A stretch of DNA of 24,000 bases from an uncultured Gammaproteobacteria bacterium. Its GTDB lineage: Bacteria; Pseudomonadota; Gammaproteobacteria; Enterobacterales; Psychrobiaceae. Below the pieces are notes generated by a model. The model had not been told where the DNA came from and did no database searches. It saw only the letters and a program-made list of their open reading frames with translations. The DNA lies in contig CAJXRU010000016.1 in the NCBI GenBank assembly GCA_913060565.1, positions 24,943 through 48,942 of the forward strand. Reading direction: 5' to 3'. Both the position numbers and the translations under genes were made by a program. Positions 1-8,129 of this stretch are shown here, one piece after another. Position 1 is the first letter of the stretch. Each line of letters starts with the position of its first letter.

Positions 1-945
1 ATCGCTCACGTGAGTAAAAGTACTCGCAATACGCCAGTTATCAGCAATGGAACCGCTATGTTGCCAATGCGCTAAATAGCGTTTGTCGTCCGTTGAGCGA
101 TCATGATGTAGATATTCCAGATTCAACAGCCCAGTTTGTCCATTCGACAAATAACGAAATTCATTAATTAACTGTACACCGCGCTCTGACATCAATTTAG
201 GCGTAATAGTCATGTCGTAATTTGGTGCGACATTCCAATAATAAGGCGTCCTGACTTCAAGGCCATTACGAGAATTGGTGCCGATAGATGGATAGAGAAA
301 ACCGGAGCTGCGTTTGTCTGAAATAGGTAAAGTCAAATAAGGGAAATAAAATACCGGAATTTCAAAAACTTCTAACGTTGCTCGGTGAATGGTCGCCCAC
401 GCCTCTGAAGAATCTATTTTTATTTCTTTCGCGCGCAGAGCCCAATCGGGTGTCTCGTCGGGGCAGGTTGTAAATAGGGCATCATCTAAAATGAGGTATC
501 GGCCATCTTCGACTCGAAAACTTTTCGAACGGCCATGAATCATCGAATCATTGAACCAGTATTTTGTGTTAGCTAATTCTGTGTCTTTTCCGTCGAGTGA
601 TGTTGTTAATGACTCACTTGTTAGTGTTAATTGATCATCCTGGAAGTGCAGATTACCTGTGGCGGAAAAAATATTGTTTGTTTGATCGTAACGAGCTTGA
701 TCGGCGCGGATAAATTTTTGGTTTTGTGTGAAGGTAACGTTACCGAGATAATTTAGAATATCAGGATATTGGATATTCGCTTTGTCAGCATTAACGGCCA
801 CTTGGTCTTCACTTAATTGAAGTTGTGGTAATTCACTCGGCGTAATATAAGGCGTATGAACACGGCATTGCTTGGCTAAAGGAGATGAGTTGGCCCAAGA
901 TGTCGCTGCAAAAGATGAAAGTAATAATAAAGTGATTAAGCGCAT
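1..945 (-). CDS. lptD: LPS-assembly outer-membrane protein LptD, N-terminal part (gene runs off the window start)
   Basis: Absent from the ORF track because it is cut by the window edge. Manual reverse translation from the ATG at 943-945 gives MRLITLLLLSSFAATSWA (signal peptide). It continues through ...FIRADQARYDQ..., ...DKRSSGFLYPSIG... and ...TPYYWNVAPNYDMTITPK...NEFRYLS, matching the LptD/OstA N-terminal domain and the start of the barrel. It is divergent from amgK-murU-djlA, as in other gammaproteobacteria. Confidence 0.85.
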   Translation of the reverse strand, partial: MRLITLLLLSSFAATSWANSSPLAKQCRVHTPYITPSELPQLQLSEDQVAVNADKANIQYPDILNYLGNVTFTQNQKFIRADQARYDQTNNIFSATGNLHFQDDQLTLTSESLTTSLDGKDTELANTKYWFNDSMIHGRSKSFRVEDGRYLILDDALFTTCPDETPDWALRAKEIKIDSSEAWATIHRATLEVFEIPVFYFPYLTLPISDKRSSGFLYPSIGTNSRNGLEVRTPYYWNVAPNYDMTITPKLMSERGVQLINEFRYLSNGQTGLLNLEYLHHDRSTDDKRYLAHWQHSGSIADNWRIASTFTHVSD

Positions 946-1133
946 TTTAAGTTCAGGTATACTCAAATAATCAAGAGATCGGTCTATTGCTTTTATAATC
1001 AATGATTTGAAAATCAAAGCATTCCGATAGAAAAATTAAACGGCTATAATATCGCAATTCTTGGCTTAGGGCTATTTATGTGACATTTTTTGCTTCATAT
1101 TAGCGATGACCGCACAGTTTAAGGAGCGATGCT

Positions 1134-2135
1134 ATCGACACGCGACAACATTTATTACAACACTGGTTTGAACAGCAAATACAATACTCTGCCGATAATT
1201 GGGAGGTTGTTAGTGCTGACGCCAGTTTTAGACGTTACTTTAGAGCTTTGGTCAAGGGAGTCAGTTATATTCTGGTGGACGCGCCGCCTGACACTGAAAA
1301 AAACGCAGAATTCATTGAGTTTTCCAGTCAATACGCCCAGGTAGGTATTGATGTGCCACGGGTTATTTTTAGCGATTTAGCGCGAGGTTTTTTGTGTCTC
1401 ACAGATTTAGGGAGTCAATCCCTATTGCCGCTTGCAGAGAACGATTCGATATACTGGTATCGAAAAGCGCTACGAACTTTACCGTTATTAGCTAAGGTAA
1501 CGGTGAATGATGACACTGCACGTTATAATGCAGCATTCTTTGAACTCGAATTAACGCTATTTAAAGATTGGTTTTGTCAGCAGTTTTTAGATATTTCAAT
1601 GTCAGATATTGAATCTTACTCATTAGCGCCTTGTCTGGATTGGTTAGTAAAAAGTGCAACAATGCAGCCGCAAGTCGCAACACATCGAGATTTTCATGGT
1701 CGCAATATTATGGTGCGCGATACTCAATCGTTGGCGGTCATTGATTTTCAAGACACTGTCATAGGACCGTTAACTTATGATGTCATATCATTACTTAAAG
1801 ATTGCTATTTTAAGTTAGATAACGAGACTCAACAGCAACTTCTCCGAGAATCGTATGCGCTATATCAAGACTCATTATCGCTCGCAATGACATTTGATGA
1901 ATATCGTCAATATGCTGATTTAATGGGGCTTCAGCGTCATCTTAAAGTTTGTGGTATTTTCAGTCGCTTACACTTACGGGACAATAAATCGCACTATTTA
2001 AATGATCTTCCGTTAGTGGTTGATTATATTATGCAAGTTTGTAATCACTATCCCGAACTTAAACAATTGCAGACATTCTTTGAAAAAATGATACTGCCAA
2101 CGTTACCTAAAAGGATTGAACAATGTTTGCCATGA
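1134..2135 (+). CDS. amgK: N-acetylmuramate/N-acetylglucosamine kinase (AmgK-type aminoglycoside-phosphotransferase-fold kinase); start codon unresolved
   Basis: The ORF-track entry 1248..2135 starts at a TTG. The same frame stays open back to the stop at 1107-1109 and encodes ...LLQHWFEQQ...SADASFRRYFRAL..., including the family's FRRYFR N-terminal motif. Kinase-fold motifs HRDFHGRNIM and VIDFQD are present. A 4-nt ATGA overlap joins it to the downstream nucleotidyltransferase, and it sits next to lptD. The 5' coordinate assumes an ATC start 7 nt after AAGGAG (1121-1126); see findings. Confidence 0.75.
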   Translation: MDTRQHLLQHWFEQQIQYSADNWEVVSADASFRRYFRALVKGVSYILVDAPPDTEKNAEFIEFSSQYAQVGIDVPRVIFSDLARGFLCLTDLGSQSLLPLAENDSIYWYRKALRTLPLLAKVTVNDDTARYNAAFFELELTLFKDWFCQQFLDISMSDIESYSLAPCLDWLVKSATMQPQVATHRDFHGRNIMVRDTQSLAVIDFQDTVIGPLTYDVISLLKDCYFKLDNETQQQLLRESYALYQDSLSLAMTFDEYRQYADLMGLQRHLKVCGIFSRLHLRDNKSHYLNDLPLVVDYIMQVCNHYPELKQLQTFFEKMILPTLPKRIEQCLP

Positions 2136-2815
2136 TTTTAGCGGCTGGTCGAGGGGAACGAATGCGCCCACTTACCGACACTTTGCCTAAGCCGTTATTA
2201 GCGGTCAATGATAAACCCTTAATTGAATATCACATTGAAAAAATTAGCCAGCTTCCTATAGCAGGTATTGTGATTAATCAGGCTTGGTTAGGACATTTGT
2301 TGCCGCAACAGCTGGGATTTGGTGAGCGTTGGAATGTAAAAATTCACTACAGTAACGAAGGTGACAATGCCTTAGAAACTGCTGGTGGTATTAAGAAAGC
2401 GTTATCGTTAATTGACGACGATTATTTGCTAGTCGTCAATGGGGATGTGTGGACTGATTTTGACTTTTCGACGTTGCCCACGCAATTGCCCCGAGGTGTG
2501 TTGGCTCATCTTATTCTAGTCGAGAATCCTGCCCACAACCCTAATGGCGATTTTGCGTTGTCATCATCAGGATTGCTATCCAATGGCATTGAACAATTTA
2601 CATTTTCCGGTATTGCGGTGTATCAGCGACACTTTTTCGACAATATCGAAGAGGGCGTGAGCGCATTGGGACCTTTAATCAGACAACAGATGGTCGAAGG
2701 AACGGTGACTGGTGAAGTTTATCCCGGAAAATGGTTTGATATTGGCACACCGCAGCGACTTGAACTGCTTGATGCTCAATTGAGAGCGGGATTAGAAAAC
2801 GGAGAATTAAGGTAG
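2123..2815 (+). CDS. murU: N-acetylmuramate alpha-1-phosphate uridylyltransferase (MurU-type nucleotidyltransferase)
   Basis: The N-terminus MFAMILAAGRGERMRPLTDTLPKPLL is a sugar-phosphate nucleotidyltransferase G-loop. The length is about 230 aa. It is translationally coupled to the amgK-type kinase, the known peptidoglycan-recycling pair. Confidence 0.8.
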   Translation: MFAMILAAGRGERMRPLTDTLPKPLLAVNDKPLIEYHIEKISQLPIAGIVINQAWLGHLLPQQLGFGERWNVKIHYSNEGDNALETAGGIKKALSLIDDDYLLVVNGDVWTDFDFSTLPTQLPRGVLAHLILVENPAHNPNGDFALSSSGLLSNGIEQFTFSGIAVYQRHFFDNIEEGVSALGPLIRQQMVEGTVTGEVYPGKWFDIGTPQRLELLDAQLRAGLENGELR

Positions 2816-3624
2816 TGAAAATTTGGGGTAAAGTATTAGGCTTCATGTTTGGTTTTATGTTTGGTAAATGGGCTGGTGCTATTTTGGGGCTGTATATTGG
2901 TCACCGATTTGATCGCAGTATGAGCCAAGACTTTTCTAATCAAGGTGGCTTTACAAAGTTTTTCATGAATAAAGATTCATTTGCTAACCAAGCTGTATTC
3001 TTTCATGCGGTGTTTTCTGTCTACGGTCATATAGCGAAAGCCAGCGGACAAGTGACGCCACAAGAAATTGCCGCCGCATCGGGTCTTATGGATAAAATGG
3101 GACTCACTGGTGATAAAAGGAAAGAAGCTCAAGCGGCGTTTAGTGAAGGTAAGTCAAATGATTTCCCATTAGAAGAAACACTAAAGGCGTTTAAGAAAAG
3201 CTCTTTTGGCCAGAGAGATATCTTACAGCTATTTTTAGAAGTGCAGCTACAAGCCGCTTTTGCGGATGGAGAGCTACACCCAAAAGAAAGAACGATATTA
3301 CACCTAGTGGCAAAACACCTTGGCTTTTCGAGTCGCGACTTAGAAAGATTACTGCAACAGCTCGATGCGCAAATGAAATTTCATCGACAGCAGGCTTCCT
3401 CATCTCAATCGGGGCCTTCTATAAAAGATGCTTATGATATTTTAGGAGTAAGTGCTGACGCGGATGACAATGCGGTAAAGAAAGCATGGCGCAAGCAAAT
3501 GGCACAGCATCATCCTGATAAATTGGCTGCAAAAGGATTGCCTCCAGAAATGTTGGATATTGCGAATCAAAAAGCGCAAGACATTCAAGCTGCCTATGAA
3601 AAAATTAAAGCGCAAAGAAAATAA
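2815..3624 (+). CDS. djlA: Co-chaperone DjlA (membrane-anchored DnaJ-like protein)
   Basis: The GTG start overlaps the murU TAG by 1 nt. It has an N-terminal Gly-rich TM (KIWGKVLGFMFGFMFGKWAGAILGLYIGHRFD), a central TerB-like region (FLEVQLQAAFADGELHPKER) and a C-terminal J domain (DAYDILGVS...HHPDKL...). It appears collinear with E. coli DjlA. Confidence 0.9.
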   Translation: MKIWGKVLGFMFGFMFGKWAGAILGLYIGHRFDRSMSQDFSNQGGFTKFFMNKDSFANQAVFFHAVFSVYGHIAKASGQVTPQEIAAASGLMDKMGLTGDKRKEAQAAFSEGKSNDFPLEETLKAFKKSSFGQRDILQLFLEVQLQAAFADGELHPKERTILHLVAKHLGFSSRDLERLLQQLDAQMKFHRQQASSSQSGPSIKDAYDILGVSADADDNAVKKAWRKQMAQHHPDKLAAKGLPPEMLDIANQKAQDIQAAYEKIKAQRK

Positions 3625-3643
3625 CCAATTGCTCGTTTAATTT

Positions 3644-3670
3644 ACGTCTAGATGTTTAGACGTCTAATTT
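3644..3670 (+). terminator. Weak hairpin after djlA (possible intrinsic terminator)
   Basis: The stem acgtcta (3644-3650) / tagacgt (3657-3663) has a 6-nt loop and is followed by ctaattt. The T tail is poor. TAGACGTCTA (3657-3666) is itself a 10-bp palindrome. Confidence 0.3.
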
Positions 3671-3697
3671 GACATGTTGCTGGAGATTGGGTATTTT
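3669..3697 (+). promoter_or_regulatory. Sigma70-like promoter for the NhaC-family gene
   Basis: TTGACA (3669-3674), a 17-nt spacer, then TATTTT (3692-3697), about 30 nt upstream of the AGGA Shine-Dalgarno and the ATG at 3728. Confidence 0.4.
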
Positions 3698-3727
3698 CAC
3701 CTCACTCACTAAAAATAGGATTTGAGC

Positions 3728-5065
3728 ATGACCTCAAGATCTTCATCAACAATTGTTCCTCGCGGCATAGCTCTATTGCCCTTAATGCTTTTTCTGGCGT
3801 TATTTTTAGGAACTGGTGTTTATTTGACACTGCAAGGCGTTGAATATGCCTTTTATCAAGTACCGGCACCGGTGGCTGTTTTGCCAGCGATCGTCTTAGC
3901 AATCATTTTATCTCGCGATACCATCAATGAAACTATCGAACAATTCACTAATGGTGTAGGCGACAGTAATGTTATTGCGATGTGTCTTATATATTTGCTC
4001 GCAGGAGCTTTCGCTGCTGTAGCTAGTGCAACTGGCGGTGTTGAATCAACCGTCAACCTTGGACTTAGTATGATACCTTCTTGGTTTCTATTACCGGGTT
4101 TCTTCTTAATTAGTGCGTTCATTGCTACGGCGATGGGAACATCAATGGGCACCTTAGGAGCTGTTGCTCCTATCGCGTTAGGGGTTGCCCAAACAGCTGG
4201 AATTGATGTCGCCATTATGGGGGGGGCAGTAATTAGCGGCGCAATGTTTGGGGATAACTTATCAATCATTTCTGATACAACTATTGCCGCTACTCGTAGT
4301 CAGGGTTGTGAAATGAAGGATAAGTTTAAAGAGAATTTACGCATTGCGATACCCGCTGCGGTTGGCGTACTTATTCTATTGTTTTTCTTAGGTAATGACG
4401 CTCCATTGCCACCTGTAGGTGAAATCGACTGGATTAAAGTATTACCCTACATCGCCATCTTAATATTAGCGATAGCAGGCGTTAATGTATTTGTTGTACT
4501 GGGCAGTGGTGTTGTAATGGCTGGCCTAGTGGGGTTGCTCCAAGTTCCTGATTATCAGCTAATGAACTGGGCTAAAGACATTTACAAAGGCTTTAGTGAC
4601 ATGCAGGAAATCCTAATTTTAGCCATGCTAATTGGTGGTCTAGGTGCCGTGATGAGTCACCAAGGTGGTTTAGCCTTTATTGTTAAATTTATCGATCGCA
4701 CATTAGCGCGACTAAGTGCTAAAAAAGGAAAAGTTAGCACAGCCTCTGCAGAGCTAGGTATTGCAAGCGTGGTTAGCTTAACTAATTTAGCTATCGCCAA
4801 TAATACGGTGTCTATCATTGTGGCAAGTGGTGTTGCTAAAGATTTGGCTGAAACACATGATGTTGAACCTAAGCGTAGCGCTAGTTTATTGGATATTTTT
4901 GCATGTTGTATTCAAGGGTTACTGCCATACGGTGCACAAGCATTGATGATCGGTGCAATGTTTAGTCTGTCGCCATTAACTGTATCGATGCATGTATTCT
5001 ATCCTATGATTTTGGCCGCCAGTGCAATCTTGACGATTTTGTTTAGAAAACGTCAGGTAGTTTAG
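3728..5065 (+). CDS. Na+/H+ antiporter NhaC-family polytopic membrane transporter
   Basis: About 445 aa and highly hydrophobic, with roughly 10-12 predicted helices. The sequence flavour (GVGDSNVIAMCLIYLLAGAFAAV..., GDNLSIISDTTIAATRSQG) fits NhaC-type transporters. I prefer the ATG at 3728 (AGGA 7 nt upstream) over the track's TTG at 3722. Confidence 0.6.
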   Translation: MTSRSSSTIVPRGIALLPLMLFLALFLGTGVYLTLQGVEYAFYQVPAPVAVLPAIVLAIILSRDTINETIEQFTNGVGDSNVIAMCLIYLLAGAFAAVASATGGVESTVNLGLSMIPSWFLLPGFFLISAFIATAMGTSMGTLGAVAPIALGVAQTAGIDVAIMGGAVISGAMFGDNLSIISDTTIAATRSQGCEMKDKFKENLRIAIPAAVGVLILLFFLGNDAPLPPVGEIDWIKVLPYIAILILAIAGVNVFVVLGSGVVMAGLVGLLQVPDYQLMNWAKDIYKGFSDMQEILILAMLIGGLGAVMSHQGGLAFIVKFIDRTLARLSAKKGKVSTASAELGIASVVSLTNLAIANNTVSIIVASGVAKDLAETHDVEPKRSASLLDIFACCIQGLLPYGAQALMIGAMFSLSPLTVSMHVFYPMILAASAILTILFRKRQVV

Positions 5066-5326
5066 GGTCTGTTGATCTTTTGAATTCATTTTTGCAGCAA
5101 TTTGTTTGGGGTTTCTACAAGGCAGAGCCTATGTGGTGTAGCTGGCTACACGAATAGGCGATAACGCCGTAGAAATAACAAACAAATGCTGTCCGTAGGA
5201 TTCACCTAAAAGTATTTTGTGCGGCGTTATTCGTCATTCACTGGGGTAAACCCAGCATCAATCCTCATGCCTTGCCCAAAATTCTTTTAGATTGAACAAA
5301 ATTTGAACCATAAAGTTCAACAGCCC
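5066..5326. repeat. MITE-like structured intergenic element with imperfect terminal inverted repeats
   Basis: The left end ggtctgttgatcttttgaattcatttttg (5066-5094) pairs with the reverse complement of caaaatttgaaccataaagttcaacagccc (5297-5326), about 80 percent match with small indels. Internally there is a long imperfect hairpin at about 5100-5186, centred on gtgtagc-tg-gctacac. Further pairings are cgaata..aacgccg (5150-5169) with gcggcgttattcg (5221-5233), and ctgggg-taaa-cccag. There is no ORF longer than 8 codons. Confidence 0.4.
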
Positions 5327-5354
5327 CTAATAAATTAAATATAATTGTTTGAAA

Positions 5355-5384
5355 AAGCGTTACAATGATCGCATTGTAACGCTT
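5355..5384. other. Perfect 13-bp inverted repeat (hairpin or operator) upstream of the EAL-HDOD gene
   Basis: aagcgttacaatg (5355-5367), loop atcg, cattgtaacgctt (5372-5384). On the minus strand the stem is followed by a T5 run (complement of gaaaaa at 5351-5356), giving intrinsic-terminator geometry on that strand only. Confidence 0.5.
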
Positions 5385-5505
5385 GAAAACTGACCATAAA
5401 CGACAGTTCTTATATCCTACCTTTGCATTAGGCTGTAATTTGGGCTAATTTGTTAGACTTAAAAAGCAGTACCAAGATAAAAAAGTAATAAAAGGCAACA
5501 CCATA

Positions 5506-6738
5506 ATGAAATTTCATGCAGCTCGCCAGCCTATTCTTGATGCTGAGCAAAATTTATATGCCTACGAATTGCTGTTTCGTGATGGTGTGACTAATGCTTT
5601 TCCAAATATTGATGGAAACGAGGCAACTTCTAAAATAATTGCTGGAAGTCAATTTGATTTTTCTCTGTCAGATCTAACCAATAAAAAGCCTGCTTTTATT
5701 AATTTTACCTATGAAACGATTAGTAAAAAGTACCCGACACTCATTCCTACAGAAGATGTTGTTGTTGAAATATTGGAAACTGAGCGCCCAGGTAAACGTT
5801 TATTAGCCGAAGTAAAAGAGCTCCATGAAGCAGGTTATACGATTGCGTTAGATGATTATGAACACGAATCAGTTTGGCGACATTTCTTCCCATTTATTAA
5901 GATGATTAAAGTTGATTTCTTAGCGTCTACTCCTGCTCAAATTGATAAAATTATTAGTGCTGTTGCAGATTTCCCTCATATTAGTTTATTAGCTGAAAAA
6001 ATCGAAACTCATGAAGAATTTGAACGTGCAAAAGCATTAGGCTTTTCATATTTTCAAGGGTATTTTTTCGCTAAGCCGCAAATGATTGAGGCAAAATCGT
6101 TGACACCTGCCCAGTTTAGTCTTGCTGAGTTACTTTATGAAACGAGTAAGGTGGATTTAGATCTACCGAAAATTATTTCTGTTTTTGAATTAGACGTAAA
6201 TCTTGCTTATAAATTATTACGTTATAGTAATTCAGCAGTGTTTCGTCGCCGCACTGAAATTTCCAGCATTAAACAGGCGTTAGTAACATTAGGTAAAAAA
6301 GAATTACAGAAATTTCTGTCGGTATTATTTTCTGCGCAATTAGCATCGAATAAACCACCAGAACTCATGGCGACGTCATTGACTCGCGCACGTTTTGCTG
6401 AGGGCTTAGCTATCATTAGTCCAAAGGTGAATGAAAGTAGCGTAGCATTCCTAACAGGGATGCTATCTCTCATTGATGCCATTTTAGGCGACTCAATGGA
6501 GAACGCGATGGAAAAGCTGCCATTATCGTCTGACATCAAAAATGCGCTAGTTTCTGGCGAAGGTATATTAGCCCACGTTCTTGATGTTGCCCGTGCTTAT
6601 GAAGTATCGAATTGGGAAACTGTCAATGAAGAGCTTGCGCTATTAGGTATCGATGAAGAGAAGGTACCAGGTATTTATGCTGAAGCATTACAGTGGTCAA
6701 ATGAACAAATGGAATTTATTCTAGCGACTCAATCTTAG
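5506..6738 (+). CDS. EAL-domain plus HDOD-domain signalling protein (COG3434-type putative c-di-GMP phosphodiesterase)
   Basis: The N-terminal roughly 200 aa carry EAL-domain landmarks: QPILD...YELLFR (ELL variant), FINFT, VVVEILET, ALDDY, IKVDF, LLAEKIET, FQGYFFAKP. The C-terminal roughly 200 aa resemble HDOD (LAYKLLRYSNSAVF..., LGKKELQKFL...). Confidence 0.85.
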   Translation: MKFHAARQPILDAEQNLYAYELLFRDGVTNAFPNIDGNEATSKIIAGSQFDFSLSDLTNKKPAFINFTYETISKKYPTLIPTEDVVVEILETERPGKRLLAEVKELHEAGYTIALDDYEHESVWRHFFPFIKMIKVDFLASTPAQIDKIISAVADFPHISLLAEKIETHEEFERAKALGFSYFQGYFFAKPQMIEAKSLTPAQFSLAELLYETSKVDLDLPKIISVFELDVNLAYKLLRYSNSAVFRRRTEISSIKQALVTLGKKELQKFLSVLFSAQLASNKPPELMATSLTRARFAEGLAIISPKVNESSVAFLTGMLSLIDAILGDSMENAMEKLPLSSDIKNALVSGEGILAHVLDVARAYEVSNWETVNEELALLGIDEEKVPGIYAEALQWSNEQMEFILATQS

Positions 6739-6760
6739 CTAAAATAATGTGAATTAAATC

Positions 6761-6795
6761 CACAAAAAAACCTCATTTAATGAGGTTTTTTTGTG
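6761..6795. terminator. Bidirectional intrinsic terminator between the convergent EAL-HDOD gene and hemL
   Basis: A perfect 35-nt palindrome, cacaaaaaaacctcatt-t-aatgaggtttttttgtg. The GC core stem cctca/tgagg is flanked by an A7 run on one side and a T7 run on the other. Confidence 0.85.
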
Positions 6796-6811
6796 TGTTT
6801 AGCGTTAACGC

Positions 6812-8101
6812 TTAACTCGTTGCTAATTTCGCAAAACAAATATCTGCAGCAGCTAATGTTGCTTCGATTTCTTTATCGCCGTGAGCGGTTGATAAGAAAC
6901 CTGCTTCATATGCAGACGGTGCAAGATAAACACCTTCGTCTAGCATTAAATGGAAGAAGGTATTAAAACGAGCAATATCGCACTTGGTAACTTGTTCAAA
7001 ACATGAAACAGTTTCTTGCTCAGTGAAGAAAATACCAAACATGGCGCCAACGTAGTTAACAGCCAATGGGATATTGTGTTTGTCAGCTAATGCTTTAAAA
7101 CCAAGCGCGATGCGCTCTGTTTTTTCAGTAAGGCTCGCATGCAAACCGTCTTCTTCAAGTAGTTCTAGCGTTTTTAGACCAGCGGCCATTGCGATAGGGT
7201 TACCTGATAACGTACCTGCTTGATAAACAGGCCCTGTTGGTGCGATATACTGCATGACTTCTTTTTTGCCGCCAAAAGCGCCTACAGGCATGCCGCCGCC
7301 AATAACTTTGCCTAGTGTAGTAAGATCTGGGGTTACTTCGTAATAAGCTTGTGCGCCGCCTAGTGCAACACGAAATCCAGTCATTACTTCATCGATGATC
7401 AGTAATGCACCTGACTCATCACACACAGCACGAAGCTTTTGTAGGAAGTTGTCTTGCGGTGGAATACAGTTCATGTTGCCTGCAACAGGTTCAACGATGA
7501 TACATGCGATATCACTGCCATGTTCACTAAACAATGCGTTTACCGATTCAATATCGTTAAACTGCGCCGTTAGCGTGTGTTTTGCAAAATCAGCAGGGAT
7601 ACCTGGTGAGCTTGGCTGTCCTAACGTTAATGCACCTGAACCTGCTTTAACTAATAACGAGTCAGCGTGGCCATGGTAACAACCTTCAAACTTTAAAATT
7701 TTATCGCGGTTAGTAAAGCCACGAGCTAAGCGAATCGCGCTCATTGTTGCTTCGGTACCCGAGCTAACCATACGTACTTGTTCCATAGATGGAACCAATT
7801 TACGTACTTTTTCAGCCATCGTTATTTCAAGTTCAGTGGGAGCACCGAAACTTAATCCAAATGCAGCTTGATCGATAACTGCTTGACGAACTTCAGGACG
7901 ATTATGGCCTAAGATCATTGGTCCCCATGAACCAACATAGTCAATATAGTCTTTTCCGTCGGCATCAGTGACTAATGCACCCTGTGCTTTTTCGATAAAT
8001 AGTGGGCTGCCACCAACACCTTTAAATGCACGCACTGGCGAGTTTACGCCACCGGGAATTGTATCTTGTGCTTGCTCAAATAATTGCTCTGAACGACTCA
8101 T
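6812..8101 (-). CDS. hemL: Glutamate-1-semialdehyde 2,1-aminomutase
   Basis: 429 aa. [26 protein letters not shown]...[12 protein letters not shown]...DEVMTGFR...[16 protein letters not shown] is collinear with HemL class-III aminotransferases. An AAGGA Shine-Dalgarno lies 6 nt upstream. Confidence 0.95.
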   Translation of the reverse strand: MSRSEQLFEQAQDTIPGGVNSPVRAFKGVGGSPLFIEKAQGALVTDADGKDYIDYVGSWGPMILGHNRPEVRQAVIDQAAFGLSFGAPTELEITMAEKVRKLVPSMEQVRMVSSGTEATMSAIRLARGFTNRDKILKFEGCYHGHADSLLVKAGSGALTLGQPSSPGIPADFAKHTLTAQFNDIESVNALFSEHGSDIACIIVEPVAGNMNCIPPQDNFLQKLRAVCDESGALLIIDEVMTGFRVALGGAQAYYEVTPDLTTLGKVIGGGMPVGAFGGKKEVMQYIAPTGPVYQAGTLSGNPIAMAAGLKTLELLEEDGLHASLTEKTERIALGFKALADKHNIPLAVNYVGAMFGIFFTEQETVSCFEQVTKCDIARFNTFFHLMLDEGVYLAPSAYEAGFLSTAHGDKEIEATLAAADICFAKLATS

Positions 8102-8129
8102 TGCGATTCCTTAATATTAGGTTATTGGG

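Noticed and set aside
1129-1344. Track ORF of 71 aa starting at an ATG just after AAGGAG
   Set aside because: It is out of frame with, and fully overlapped by, the well-supported AmgK reading frame. Its translation is low-complexity with no family resemblance, and the SD-ATG spacing is only 2 nt. It is relevant only to the amgK start-codon problem.
5327-5505. Possible c-di-GMP (GEMM-type) riboswitch in the long leader region of the EAL-HDOD gene
   Set aside because: I looked for the GEMM-I hallmarks (paired hairpins with a GNRA loop and receptor, and GCACAGGGCAAACC / ACGCAAAGCC-like cores) on the plus strand and found none. The only aaagg/gcaaag-like string is on the wrong strand.
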